Assembly: GCA_005240065.1 (NCBI GenBank)
Contig: SBBG01000024.1
Span: 1 to 58,106, forward strand
Direction of reading: 5' to 3'
From: Gammaproteobacteria bacterium
GTDB lineage: Bacteria; Pseudomonadota; Gammaproteobacteria; Ga0077554; Ga007554
DNA length: 58,106 nt
The translations under genes were made by a program, and so were the position numbers. Within the stretch, counting starts at the first letter, position 1. Each line of letters opens with the position of its first letter. Below are positions 17,056 to 25,294 of the stretch, piece after piece. Under the pieces are notes generated by a model. The model was not told the DNA's origin. It made no database searches and was given only the letters and a program-made list of their open reading frames with translations.

Positions 17056-18669
17056 TTACGGTCCCCCCGCCATCGTCCACTCCTCGATGTTCCACAATGG
17101 CGAGGTGCCGTGGCCGAAGACGCGATGGCTGAATCCCGAAACTCCCTTGCGCACCCCGTAGATGTGCTTCAGGTACACCAGATAGTTATAGGGAGGATCG
17201 AGCACCAACTGTTTTTGAACTTCCTGGTAGATCCGCTTGCGTGCCTGCGGATCCAGCGCCGCGCGTCCCTGCATCAACAGGGCATCGATGCGTGGATTGT
17301 TGTATCCGCTGTAGTTGCTGCCTTTATCGCCGATGTTGCTGGCGAAAAAGTTGTAAAGATCTTCATCCGGTTCATCGGGAAAACCTCCGCCCAGAATCAG
17401 CGCCCGCGCCTTCGGAATCTTGACCACCGACCAATCCTTCACCTCGACGATGGCCTCGATACCGGCGCGTTTCAATTGACTCGCCAGCAAGACGGCAAGA
17501 TCCGCCCGCACCGGGTCATTGGCCGGCACGGTCAGCGGAAACGACAGACGTTGTCCATTTTTTTCCATAACGCCATCCTTGCCTCGCCGCCAACCCGCTT
17601 CGGCGAGCAGCGCTTCGGCCCGTTTGAGATCATTGTCGTGGCGAGGGATATCGGGCGAAGACACCCGGTTGAATTGCAACGGGCCATAGGCCGGACTGCC
17701 ATAGCCGACCAAGGCCCCGTCCACCAGCGCCTTGCGGTCGGTGGCATACTGAATGGCCTGCCGGACTCGCACGTCCTGAAACAAGGGGTAACGGAAATTG
17801 AACATCATCACCCGATAGTCGGCGGACTCAACGACCTCCATGCCTATCGCGCCTGAATCCTCGATGGCCGACACCTGTTTCGGCGTCAACTGGGCGATAT
17901 CTATTTCACCCTTCTTCAACTGCACCAGTCTCACATTGGGATCGGGAAGAAATTTATAGATCACCCGATCGAGCTTAGGCCGCCCGTTGTAAAAATCCGG
18001 GTTGGCTTCGAGGATGAGATATTCGCCCCGTTTCCATTCCTTGAATTTGAAAGGCCCGGTGCCGACAGGCTGCGAGTAGTTGAAGGGGTCGGTATTGAAA
18101 TCCTTGCCCTGGAGGGCATGTTTGGGAATGATGCCCATCTTCAATCGACTCAACAGCGGCGCCAAGGGCTGATCGAGGGTGATCCGCACCGTCAGCGGAT
18201 CGATCGCCTCCACCGTTTTGATTTCCTTCACCGCCTTGCTCATGCCGCTATGATTTTCTGGATCCTGGATGGCGGTAATGGTGAACTTCACATCTTCTGC
18301 ACTAAAAGCAACACCGTCGTGCCATTTGATGTCAGGACGCAACCGGATGGTGTAGACCTTGCCGTCCGGCGAAATCTCCCATGACTCCGCCATGTCCGGC
18401 ACAAGCTCGTTTTTCGCATTCACTTTGAACAGGCCGCGAAACAGCGCCATGTCGGAATCGGCGTGCTGATGGCCCGCCACCGGATTGAGCCACTCCGGCT
18501 CGCTGGCACGCGCCACCACCAGGGTTTTCAGCATCGGAACCTGCCCGGCCGGAGCCGGGGCGGAAGAATCCTCTCTTCCGCACCCGGCAACCAGTAGCAT
18601 GCCGCCAAAAACGGCGCACCATCCCAACGACAGCAACAGCGGCGCCCACATGCGACCACGATTTGCCAT
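17056..18669 (-). CDS. Family-5 solute-binding lipoprotein (peptide/nickel/opine class)
   Basis: ORF 537 aa. Lipobox LLVAGC. SBP_bac_5-like core (IKWHDGVAFSAEDVKFT). Confidence 0.9.
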   Translation of the reverse strand: MANRGRMWAPLLLSLGWCAVFGGMLLVAGCGREDSSAPAPAGQVPMLKTLVVARASEPEWLNPVAGHQHADSDMALFRGLFKVNAKNELVPDMAESWEISPDGKVYTIRLRPDIKWHDGVAFSAEDVKFTITAIQDPENHSGMSKAVKEIKTVEAIDPLTVRITLDQPLAPLLSRLKMGIIPKHALQGKDFNTDPFNYSQPVGTGPFKFKEWKRGEYLILEANPDFYNGRPKLDRVIYKFLPDPNVRLVQLKKGEIDIAQLTPKQVSAIEDSGAIGMEVVESADYRVMMFNFRYPLFQDVRVRQAIQYATDRKALVDGALVGYGSPAYGPLQFNRVSSPDIPRHDNDLKRAEALLAEAGWRRGKDGVMEKNGQRLSFPLTVPANDPVRADLAVLLASQLKRAGIEAIVEVKDWSVVKIPKARALILGGGFPDEPDEDLYNFFASNIGDKGSNYSGYNNPRIDALLMQGRAALDPQARKRIYQEVQKQLVLDPPYNYLVYLKHIYGVRKGVSGFSHRVFGHGTSPLWNIEEWTMAGGP

Positions 18670-18672
18670 GAC

Positions 18673-20712
18673 TCAGAAATCCGTCTTGACGGACGCCATG
18701 ATGTTGAACGGCGGACTTACGCCATATTGCGGACCACCGGAGAAATAAAAGAGCGCGTCGGAATATCTCTTGTCGAGGATGTTCGATGCCTTGATGTCGA
18801 AGGTGTAGCCCTTCCAGCGGTAATACGCCGAAGCATCGACGACGGTATAACCGCCGGTGGAGTTTTTGTTGTCATCCGTCAACATGCGCTCACCGATTCC
18901 GCGCACCGTCAAACGCCCGCCGAAACCTCGCGCATCGAGATAATCAAGGCCCGCGCTGAAGAGATGACGAGGCACACCGACGATACGCTTGCCTGAAAAG
19001 TCATTGCCAGAGGTGATGTAGTCCTTGTATTTCGGATCGTTCCAGGTGAACGCGCCAAACACCATCAGCGCCTCGGTGAGAGCGGCGTTCAGCTCCGCCT
19101 CGACACCTTGCCTGCGTGTCTTGCCCTTGTTAACCAGTAACGGACCTCTCACCGGATCGACCACAGTGACAATCTCGTCACGCGAATCGGTGATGAACCA
19201 GGCAAGCGATCCCCTGATCCGCGAGGCAGGACGGAAGCGGGTGCCGATTTCATAGGAAACCAGCCGCGTCGGCTTGAGATCGGGATTATCGAACTTGGCG
19301 AAATTATCGGGGAGCTGAAAGCCGCTGCCAACGTTGCCGAACAGATCATAACCAGGCGCGAGCGTATAGAGCGCTCCGGCTTTCGGACTGAACATATTGA
19401 GACTATTGTCGAAACTGCCTGTTGGCGCGCCGACGGTACGATTCAATTCGCCCTTGAACATGTCGTAGCGCGCGCCCAGCGTCACCTTGAGCGGCTCGAT
19501 CGGCCTTGCCTCGCCCTGCGCGAATGCCGCATAACTGTTCAGGACGAACTCACGATTCACGGTGGGCGCCGTACCTGTCGCCGCGCACCGTACCGGATCG
19601 CCACCACGCACCCGTTTGTCGGTACACCAGCGTGTGCTGTCACCCGACTCACGCAGAATATCCAGCCCGGCCAGCAGCGTGTCCTCCATGGTGAAATAAT
19701 TCCCGTGCTTGCTGTACAGCGCCTTGAGCATATTGCCATTCACGAAGTTGTACTCTTCGCGCTGACCGCCGCCGAAATCGGCGAAGCGTGTCAAATCGCT
19801 GTTGTAGTTGAAAAAGGTAATGCCGATATTGTCGTTCGCCGACAGAGCGTAGTTGTAATTGAGATTGACCTCGCGCCGATCCTTTTTGCCGCCATCGAAC
19901 GGAAACAGCGACTTCCGGTAATTACCCGCGTCCCACTCGCTTTGCGGCAGATAACCCGGCGCGTTGAAATCGGTGGTGTACATACGCACACCGGCACGCA
20001 GGCTCGACTGCGACGTCAAATCGAATGACCACTTCGCCGAGAGATTGCCACGGCGCATATCGCTGTTATCGCGGTAGCCATCGGTCTTGAACATCTCCAG
20101 GGCATAATAATGACTAGCGCGGCCGTCGGAGTTGCCCAGCGTCACCGCGCCGCGATAGGTATTCCAACTGCCCGCGGAAAATCTCCCAACACGTTCGTTG
20201 ACACGCTTTTTGGTGATGATATTGATGCTGCCGGCGCGGGAATAATTGCCATACAGCGCCGAGAACGGACCCTTGATCACTTCGATACGCTCGATCTCCT
20301 CGGGAATAAGCATGTTGAAATCCGCCATGCCATCGGCATGCGATGTCGTTTCATTCAGAGGCGCGCCATCGAGAAACACCGCCGCGATATTGCCATGCCC
20401 GCCGGTGAATCCCCGCATCACAAACTGATTGGGCACGGCGCCCTGGTTAAAATCCACCGGCATGACGCCGGGGATGGCGCGCAAGATATCGATACCCTTG
20501 ATGATGGGCTGTCTTTCCAGTTCCTCACCTTCGACGATGGTCACCGACGCCGGCAAATTGGCCACCGGATTCCTGGCCTCGGTAATGACCACGTTGCCGA
20601 GATCCACCGATTTTTTCTTTTTGTTCTCTGACGCGTCCGCCGACCATGAGACAGGCACGATGGCCATGAGAACCGCCTGAATCTTGAGTGAACCGAACAA
20701 TATTTTCTTCAT
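18673..20712 (-). CDS. TonB-dependent outer-membrane receptor
   Basis: ORF 679 aa. Signal peptide, plug domain (VTIVEGEELE...IPGV), C-terminal aromatic residue (...KTDF). Confidence 0.9.
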   Translation of the reverse strand: MKKILFGSLKIQAVLMAIVPVSWSADASENKKKKSVDLGNVVITEARNPVANLPASVTIVEGEELERQPIIKGIDILRAIPGVMPVDFNQGAVPNQFVMRGFTGGHGNIAAVFLDGAPLNETTSHADGMADFNMLIPEEIERIEVIKGPFSALYGNYSRAGSINIITKKRVNERVGRFSAGSWNTYRGAVTLGNSDGRASHYYALEMFKTDGYRDNSDMRRGNLSAKWSFDLTSQSSLRAGVRMYTTDFNAPGYLPQSEWDAGNYRKSLFPFDGGKKDRREVNLNYNYALSANDNIGITFFNYNSDLTRFADFGGGQREEYNFVNGNMLKALYSKHGNYFTMEDTLLAGLDILRESGDSTRWCTDKRVRGGDPVRCAATGTAPTVNREFVLNSYAAFAQGEARPIEPLKVTLGARYDMFKGELNRTVGAPTGSFDNSLNMFSPKAGALYTLAPGYDLFGNVGSGFQLPDNFAKFDNPDLKPTRLVSYEIGTRFRPASRIRGSLAWFITDSRDEIVTVVDPVRGPLLVNKGKTRRQGVEAELNAALTEALMVFGAFTWNDPKYKDYITSGNDFSGKRIVGVPRHLFSAGLDYLDARGFGGRLTVRGIGERMLTDDNKNSTGGYTVVDASAYYRWKGYTFDIKASNILDKRYSDALFYFSGGPQYGVSPPFNIMASVKTDF

Positions 20713-20762
20713 AAAAAATTATGCCTCCTCTTTGGTTGATTTTTGTTCCAAACACCTTCCAG

Positions 20763-21626
20763 CTAATGCAGCTCGTACTGCATGGCGAATCTCAGCGTAA
20801 CCCGCACCGCTTTCTTCAATCGCTCGGGCACACCCGGCAGCGGCGAAGCCCGGCGAATCATATCCATCGCGGCCCGCTCCAACAGGGGATGAGACTCGCG
20901 CGGCGGCGCCACTTCGACATGCTCGACGCGCCCATCCGCATCGATCACAAATTGCAAATAAACAACCCCGCTGATACCGCGATCCCTCGCCTGCCCGGGA
21001 TAATTGCGGAAGCGCTCCAGATGCCCGATAACGGCATTTTTAAATGCTCCCAAGCCATCCTCATCCGGCACACCTGAACGCTGCGGCGCGATCACCAAGG
21101 GACCCTCCGGCAACGGCGCGCCGTGTTCGGATGATTTCGCCGTCGATGGCCTCGCACTGACAAGCTGCTCGGACTGAGACTCCACAACAGCCAGCGACTC
21201 TTCCTTATGCCTGACGGCCGGTGTTTCCACCTCCGGCTCAACGTGAACCGGTTCTGCCATCCTGGAAACAGGAAGGGTCTCCGATGGAGGCTGCACACTT
21301 TTCGGCGGCGTCTCTGGTAGCACGGGTTGTGGCATGGATACCTCGACACTGGTCTTTTCCATCGTTATCAGCACGGGCTCGGCTATCGCCTGGAGCAGAT
21401 CGACAACCATTTCCCGTTCTGGCTCCTTCACAACTTTCTCCGCTGTGCTTGGCCATTGGAAATAGGCCAGTACAACGGCAAAATGCAGCATTACCGACAA
21501 ACCCAAAGGAAACAGGATCCGGTTTGAGGGCCTGGACAGAACGCCACCGGACACCACCCACGAACCACGCCCGATATATCCAGCCAGCTCCACACTTCCC
21601 CCGCATATAAACCCGGCATGCACCAA
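20763..21626 (-). CDS. tonB: TonB-family energy transducer
   Basis: ORF 287 aa. N-terminal TM with SVMLH motif, Pro/Glu-rich spacer, TonB_C (YPGQARDRGISGVVYLQFVIDADGRV). The start is uncertain; several in-frame GTG codons exist. Confidence 0.75.
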   Translation of the reverse strand: MVHAGFICGGSVELAGYIGRGSWVVSGGVLSRPSNRILFPLGLSVMLHFAVVLAYFQWPSTAEKVVKEPEREMVVDLLQAIAEPVLITMEKTSVEVSMPQPVLPETPPKSVQPPSETLPVSRMAEPVHVEPEVETPAVRHKEESLAVVESQSEQLVSARPSTAKSSEHGAPLPEGPLVIAPQRSGVPDEDGLGAFKNAVIGHLERFRNYPGQARDRGISGVVYLQFVIDADGRVEHVEVAPPRESHPLLERAAMDMIRRASPLPGVPERLKKAVRVTLRFAMQYELH

Positions 21627-21632
21627 ACAAAT

Positions 21633-21690
21633 AAAAAAAGCCGCACAGACCTTGAAGAGAGTTTTCTCTCCAGGTTTGTGCGGCTTTTTT
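21633..21690. terminator. Long hairpin flanked by A7 and T6 (bidirectional intrinsic terminator)
   Basis: AAAAAAA-GCCGCACAGACC...GGTTTGTGCGGC-TTTTTT. Lies immediately upstream of the tonB ORF on the minus strand. Confidence 0.75.
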
Positions 21691-21729
21691 GTCTTGATGC
21701 TAAGACTTCTTTACCGTCGACTCACTGTA

Positions 21730-21770
21730 GGACACTTCTAAAAATTCGCTGAAGCCGCGATGGCGGCGTT
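21730..21770. mobile_element. Solo end fragment of MITE-C (inverted copy of the right end)
   Basis: GGACACTTCTAAAAATTCGCTGAAGCCGCGATGGCGGCGTT matches the reverse complement of 57927-57967 at 39 of 41 positions. Confidence 0.8.
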
Positions 21771-21815
21771 GCCCTTATATAACAGGGGCGCCCTGTAATC
21801 AAAATGAAACAGGCG

Positions 21816-22190
21816 CTACACAGAACTCCTCATAGACGGTGCATAGCACAACGGAACGATCAACCACGCCTTGCACTTCGGGCACTTCGCATAGGCAACC
21901 CGACCCTTCAAATCGGTTTTTATGACGGCCGCCTTGATGACCGCAAAGGCATTACCCTCCAGCACGTGAATCTGGTAATGGCATGAAGGACAACGACCTT
22001 GCGACGAAAGTGCCTGCGCGCACCCTTTGGGGTTCTTGGCATAGCCTCCCTCTCCCGCCAAGGCAATCTTGGCCCTATCGCCTAACATTCCTCTGAATTC
22101 CCAAGTTCGCTTTATCGCTTTGTTCTTCGCCAGCCACCATGTATGAAGAAATATAAAATCTTCATACGACAATATCAAGCGTTTTTTCAC
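21816..22190 (-). CDS. Hypothetical protein with two CPxC knuckles (zinc-ribbon-like)
   Basis: ORF 124 aa in an AT-richer patch. Contains CPSC...34 aa...CPKC. The start is uncertain (GTG 22190, TTG 22178 or ATG 22088). I could not assign a family. Confidence 0.45.
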   Translation of the reverse strand: MKKRLILSYEDFIFLHTWWLAKNKAIKRTWEFRGMLGDRAKIALAGEGGYAKNPKGCAQALSSQGRCPSCHYQIHVLEGNAFAVIKAAVIKTDLKGRVAYAKCPKCKAWLIVPLCYAPSMRSSV

Positions 22191-22287
22191 CTCCCACTGA
22201 AAAATTCAACATTAAAGGAAGGCCCGAAAGACCGGGACAGAAAAAATGCTTGACATTTTAGTATGAAGATTTTAAATTTCTTCCTAC
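22141..22287. repeat. Pair of 27-bp inverted repeats (22141-22167 and 22261-22287), each internally palindromic (GTATGAAGA-N9-TCTTCATAC)
   Basis: The reverse complement of copy 1 matches copy 2 at 25 of 27 positions. The pair brackets the annotated start of the zinc-ribbon ORF. Confidence 0.8.
22250..22278 (+). promoter_or_regulatory. Sigma-70-like promoter TTGACA-17 nt-TAAATT
   Basis: Consensus -35 hexamer at 22250-22255, 17-nt spacer, -10 hexamer at 22273-22278. Overlaps inverted-repeat copy 2. Confidence 0.45.
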
Positions 22288-22296
22288 CAAGTAGAT

Positions 22297-22351
22297 CTCC
22301 CCCACCCTCTCAGGACCGAGAGGTATGCCCCCAGGGACGGGAGCTTTTTTT
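22297..22351 (+). terminator. Intrinsic-terminator-like structure (nested GC hairpins followed by T7)
   Basis: CTCCC (22297-22301) pairs with GGGAG (22339-22343). Inner stem CCTCTC/GAGAGG (22306-22311/22318-22323). T-run at 22345-22351. Confidence 0.5.
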
Positions 22352-22635
22352 CCGCGACACCTTGAAGGCAAGGAGGGAAATGCGATGGCTTGCGATGAAA
22401 CCTTCTCCAGATTTTCCGGAAAAAGGCAGCAACAGGCGAAACAGACGCCAGCCTTGAACTCTACCGCCAACCTGGATAACGCGAGCCGCGCCCCATCTCA
22501 ACAGTCATTCCCTGACCGGAAAATGCTCGGACCGCTACCGCTTCACGCCACAACCGCGATTTACCGACTGGGGGACTGGGGGAACAAATTACCTCCACTG
22601 CGATCGCCAAGGGTCAACCGACAAGAAGCCGCCTG

Positions 22636-22666
22636 ACAAAAACATTCCCTGTTGAACGCAGGAATG
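22636..22666 (-). terminator. Intrinsic terminator of nrdJ
   Basis: On the minus strand, CATTCCTG-CGTTCAA-CAGGGAATG is followed by TTTTT, 44 nt after the nrdJ stop. Confidence 0.7.
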
Positions 22667-22709
22667 CAGGAACTCTGGGGTGGTAGCTGCGCAGAGAGGC
22701 CGCCTTCCG

Positions 22710-24536
22710 TCAATCCGCCTCCCGCTCCACCGAGCAGCATAGCGGACCACTCGCAGGCCCTTCTGCCTGCATCACCGAACCCGTCACGGGATTGGGGCGG
22801 AAGGTGGTGCAGCCTTTCAACCCTTTGTCGTAGGCAAGTTCGTAGATGTTGCGGAAGGCGGCGAAGTCGTAATCCTCGGGGATGTTGATGGTCTTGGAGA
22901 TGGCGTTGTCCACATAGGGCTGCAAGGCGGCCTGCATGTCGAGATGCGCCTGGGGAGGGATACTGAGCGCGTCGATGAACTGCGGCGGCAAGGGGGCATC
23001 GTTGCCATGCAGGGCACGCCACAAACACAACGCATGGTCGGTGAGGTGATATTCGGTATACGAACCGTCCAGTTCCAGCACCCGCCGTTTATAGTGAAAA
23101 TCGAACACCGGTTCGAGGCCGCTGGAGACGTTGCCGGCCAGCAGGCTGATTGTGCCGGTGGGCGCGATGGCCGTCAGATGACTGTTGCGGATACCATGGC
23201 TGGCGATGCCTTGCTGGATGTCGTCCGGCAAGGCGCGCACGAATTCGCCCTGCAAATATTTTTGCTTGTCGAGAAAGGGAAAACTTCCCTTCTCCCTCGC
23301 CAGTGCGATGGAGGTGCGGTAAGCGGTGTGACAAATACCACGCATCACCGACGCCGCCAGATGATACGCCTCCTCGCTGCCATACGTCACACCCAGCATG
23401 ATCAACGCATCGGCCAGTCCCGTAATACCCAATCCGATGCGGCGCGAACCCTGCGCCTGCTGTTGCTGCCTCGGCAGGGGAAAGTGCGACACATCGATCA
23501 CATTGTCCAGCATCCGCGTGGCGGTCGCGGCGGTCGACTGGATGCCTTGCATATCGAGGCGCGCATGCGCGGAAAAGGGCTCTTGTACAAAGCGCGTCAG
23601 ATTGATCGACCCCAGATCACAGGCGCCATACGCAGGCAAAGGAATCTCGCCGCAGGGATTGCTGGCGCTGATATGCTCGCAATACCACTGATTATTCAGG
23701 CGGTTGATGCGATCGATGAACAATACGCCCGGCTCAGCGACATCGTAGGTGGCGCGCATCAGCCTGTCCCATAGAGCCCGGGCAGACACGCGGCGCACCA
23801 CACGGCACGGCACGGGATCGGGCCGGCCCGACCATGGGCGATACACGATCTCGTTCGCCGATGCCTCCTCCGATTCGCGCAGCGGAAACACCAGCGCCCA
23901 CTCCTTGTCGCGCCGCACAGCCTCCATGAAAGCGTCGCTCACCAGCACCGAGAGGTTGAACCGCCGCAACCGCTGTCTGTCGCGCTTGACCTCGATGAAC
24001 TCTTCGATGTCGGGATGATCGCAGCGCAGCGTTCCCATCATCGCCCCGCGCCGCGCGCCGGTGGAGAGAATGGTGGCGCACATGCTGTCCCAGATCTGCA
24101 TGAACGATAGCGGCCCCGACGTGACCGTCCCGACACTGCGCGCCGCCGTTCCTTTGGGGCGTAACGTGGAGAAGTCATAACCCACGCCACCGCCCTGCTG
24201 CATCGTCAATGCGCCTTCCTTGAGCGCATCGAAGATGCCGTCCATGGAATCCTCGATGATGCCCATGACAAAGCAGTTGAACAGTGTCACCCGGCGTCCG
24301 GTGCCCGCCCCCGCCTGAATACGTCCCCCGGGCAGGAATTTGAATCCCTCCAGCACCTCGAAAAACTGCTCTTCCCGCTGTAACTGCGACTGTGTCTCCA
24401 CGCTCGCCAGAGCACACGAGATGCGGCGCCAGGTGTCGGCAATGGTCTGGTCATGGACGACCTCGCCTTGCCGGTAACGATATTTGGTATCCCAGATATG
24501 ACGCCCGATGGCGGTGGTGAAATAATCGCGGGTCAT
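22710..24536 (-). CDS. nrdJ: Adenosylcobalamin-dependent (class II) ribonucleotide reductase
   Basis: ORF 608 aa. RNR barrel motifs (LFNCFV, NPCGEIPLPAYGACDLGSINL), C-terminal Cys pair (GPLCCSVE). The short single-chain length fits class II. Confidence 0.85.
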   Translation of the reverse strand: MTRDYFTTAIGRHIWDTKYRYRQGEVVHDQTIADTWRRISCALASVETQSQLQREEQFFEVLEGFKFLPGGRIQAGAGTGRRVTLFNCFVMGIIEDSMDGIFDALKEGALTMQQGGGVGYDFSTLRPKGTAARSVGTVTSGPLSFMQIWDSMCATILSTGARRGAMMGTLRCDHPDIEEFIEVKRDRQRLRRFNLSVLVSDAFMEAVRRDKEWALVFPLRESEEASANEIVYRPWSGRPDPVPCRVVRRVSARALWDRLMRATYDVAEPGVLFIDRINRLNNQWYCEHISASNPCGEIPLPAYGACDLGSINLTRFVQEPFSAHARLDMQGIQSTAATATRMLDNVIDVSHFPLPRQQQQAQGSRRIGLGITGLADALIMLGVTYGSEEAYHLAASVMRGICHTAYRTSIALAREKGSFPFLDKQKYLQGEFVRALPDDIQQGIASHGIRNSHLTAIAPTGTISLLAGNVSSGLEPVFDFHYKRRVLELDGSYTEYHLTDHALCLWRALHGNDAPLPPQFIDALSIPPQAHLDMQAALQPYVDNAISKTINIPEDYDFAAFRNIYELAYDKGLKGCTTFRPNPVTGSVMQAEGPASGPLCCSVEREAD

Positions 24537-24594
24537 GGCATTCGAAACACTCTTCGTTGAAGACAGTGTTGATAACGCGCGCCTGTTATCGAGT

Positions 24595-25200
24595 TTACCT
24601 CATCCTCGCGCGAGGCGTTGCAGTCCTTATCACCTCGATGTCCGGCAGGTTCCCAGCAACCTGCTCCACCGTTTCGTTTTCCGTCAAAGCCTTGATGATG
24701 CAAGGTAACGGCTCATGCCAGATTTCGGAAAAATCCCTCTCGTGTTCATCCATAACCGCAAAGGCAAGCTTTTCCACCGGGGGACAGAACTCCGCCGCCA
24801 CGCCAAGCTTGTTACCTCGGGCATCGAGCCGATACCAGCCATACTGTCGCAGATAAACAGCGTTCAAACCGTGAAGGCAATAAGGTGGACCACTGGCGCC
24901 TGCGCTGAGCCGCTGGTAGCACAGTCCAGCGGGGATGCCATTCGCCCTCAACAGCGCCGCCAGCAGATGACTCTTGGCATAGCAATAGCCCGTGCCGTAC
25001 AGCAGCACGTCGGAAGCCTTGCAGGTTACGGGATTTTTCCGATGGTCCCAGCTATGCTGGATAAAATCACGAACAAATTCGAAACAACGGCGCGTAATGT
25101 CCTCATCCGAGGGCATCCCTGCAGAGAGTGCCCGCGCCTTTTCCCGCACAATGGCGTGTTCCCAGTCGATGTATTGACTGTTTTCAAGATAATTCCGCAT
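24595..25200 (-). CDS. Transglutaminase-like cysteine peptidase superfamily protein
   Basis: ORF 24595..25239. Core GTGYCYAKSHLLAALLRANGIP (Cys nucleophile) with downstream His and Asp. ATG 25200 (MRNYLENS) preferred as start. Confidence 0.75.
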   Translation of the reverse strand: MRNYLENSQYIDWEHAIVREKARALSAGMPSDEDITRRCFEFVRDFIQHSWDHRKNPVTCKASDVLLYGTGYCYAKSHLLAALLRANGIPAGLCYQRLSAGASGPPYCLHGLNAVYLRQYGWYRLDARGNKLGVAAEFCPPVEKLAFAVMDEHERDFSEIWHEPLPCIIKALTENETVEQVAGNLPDIEVIRTATPRARMR

Positions 25201-25294
25201 AGCGATCCCCTGGAGAGTAGAACGGTACCGGCAAACCATGGTTCACCGGGTACAATTCAAGCTACGGAAGGCCAAACCGCCTTCCGCGGCCAGG

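Noticed and set aside
22420-22480. TPP-riboswitch-like string AACCTGGATAACGCGAGC
   Set aside because: It resembles the ACCUGAUCUGGAUAAUGCCAGCG segment only loosely. The obligatory CUGAGA element and the P1/P2 helices are absent, and no thiamine gene is nearby.
21627-22709. Cobalamin riboswitch near nrdJ or upstream of the TonB-receptor operon
   Set aside because: I looked on both strands for the B12-box core (GCCACTG) with the upstream GGGAA / GGTGAAA-type elements. Only an isolated CCACTG (22598-22603) and an AGGGAA on the other strand are present, and they are not in the required order. nrdJ is also transcribed away from this region.
24546-24590. NrdR boxes in front of nrdJ
   Set aside because: The dyads have the wrong arm sequence or spacing relative to the NrdR palindrome as I recall it (acaCwAtATaTwgtgt). 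ACACT…AGTGT here is separated by 13 nt. They are kept only as an unexplained structure.
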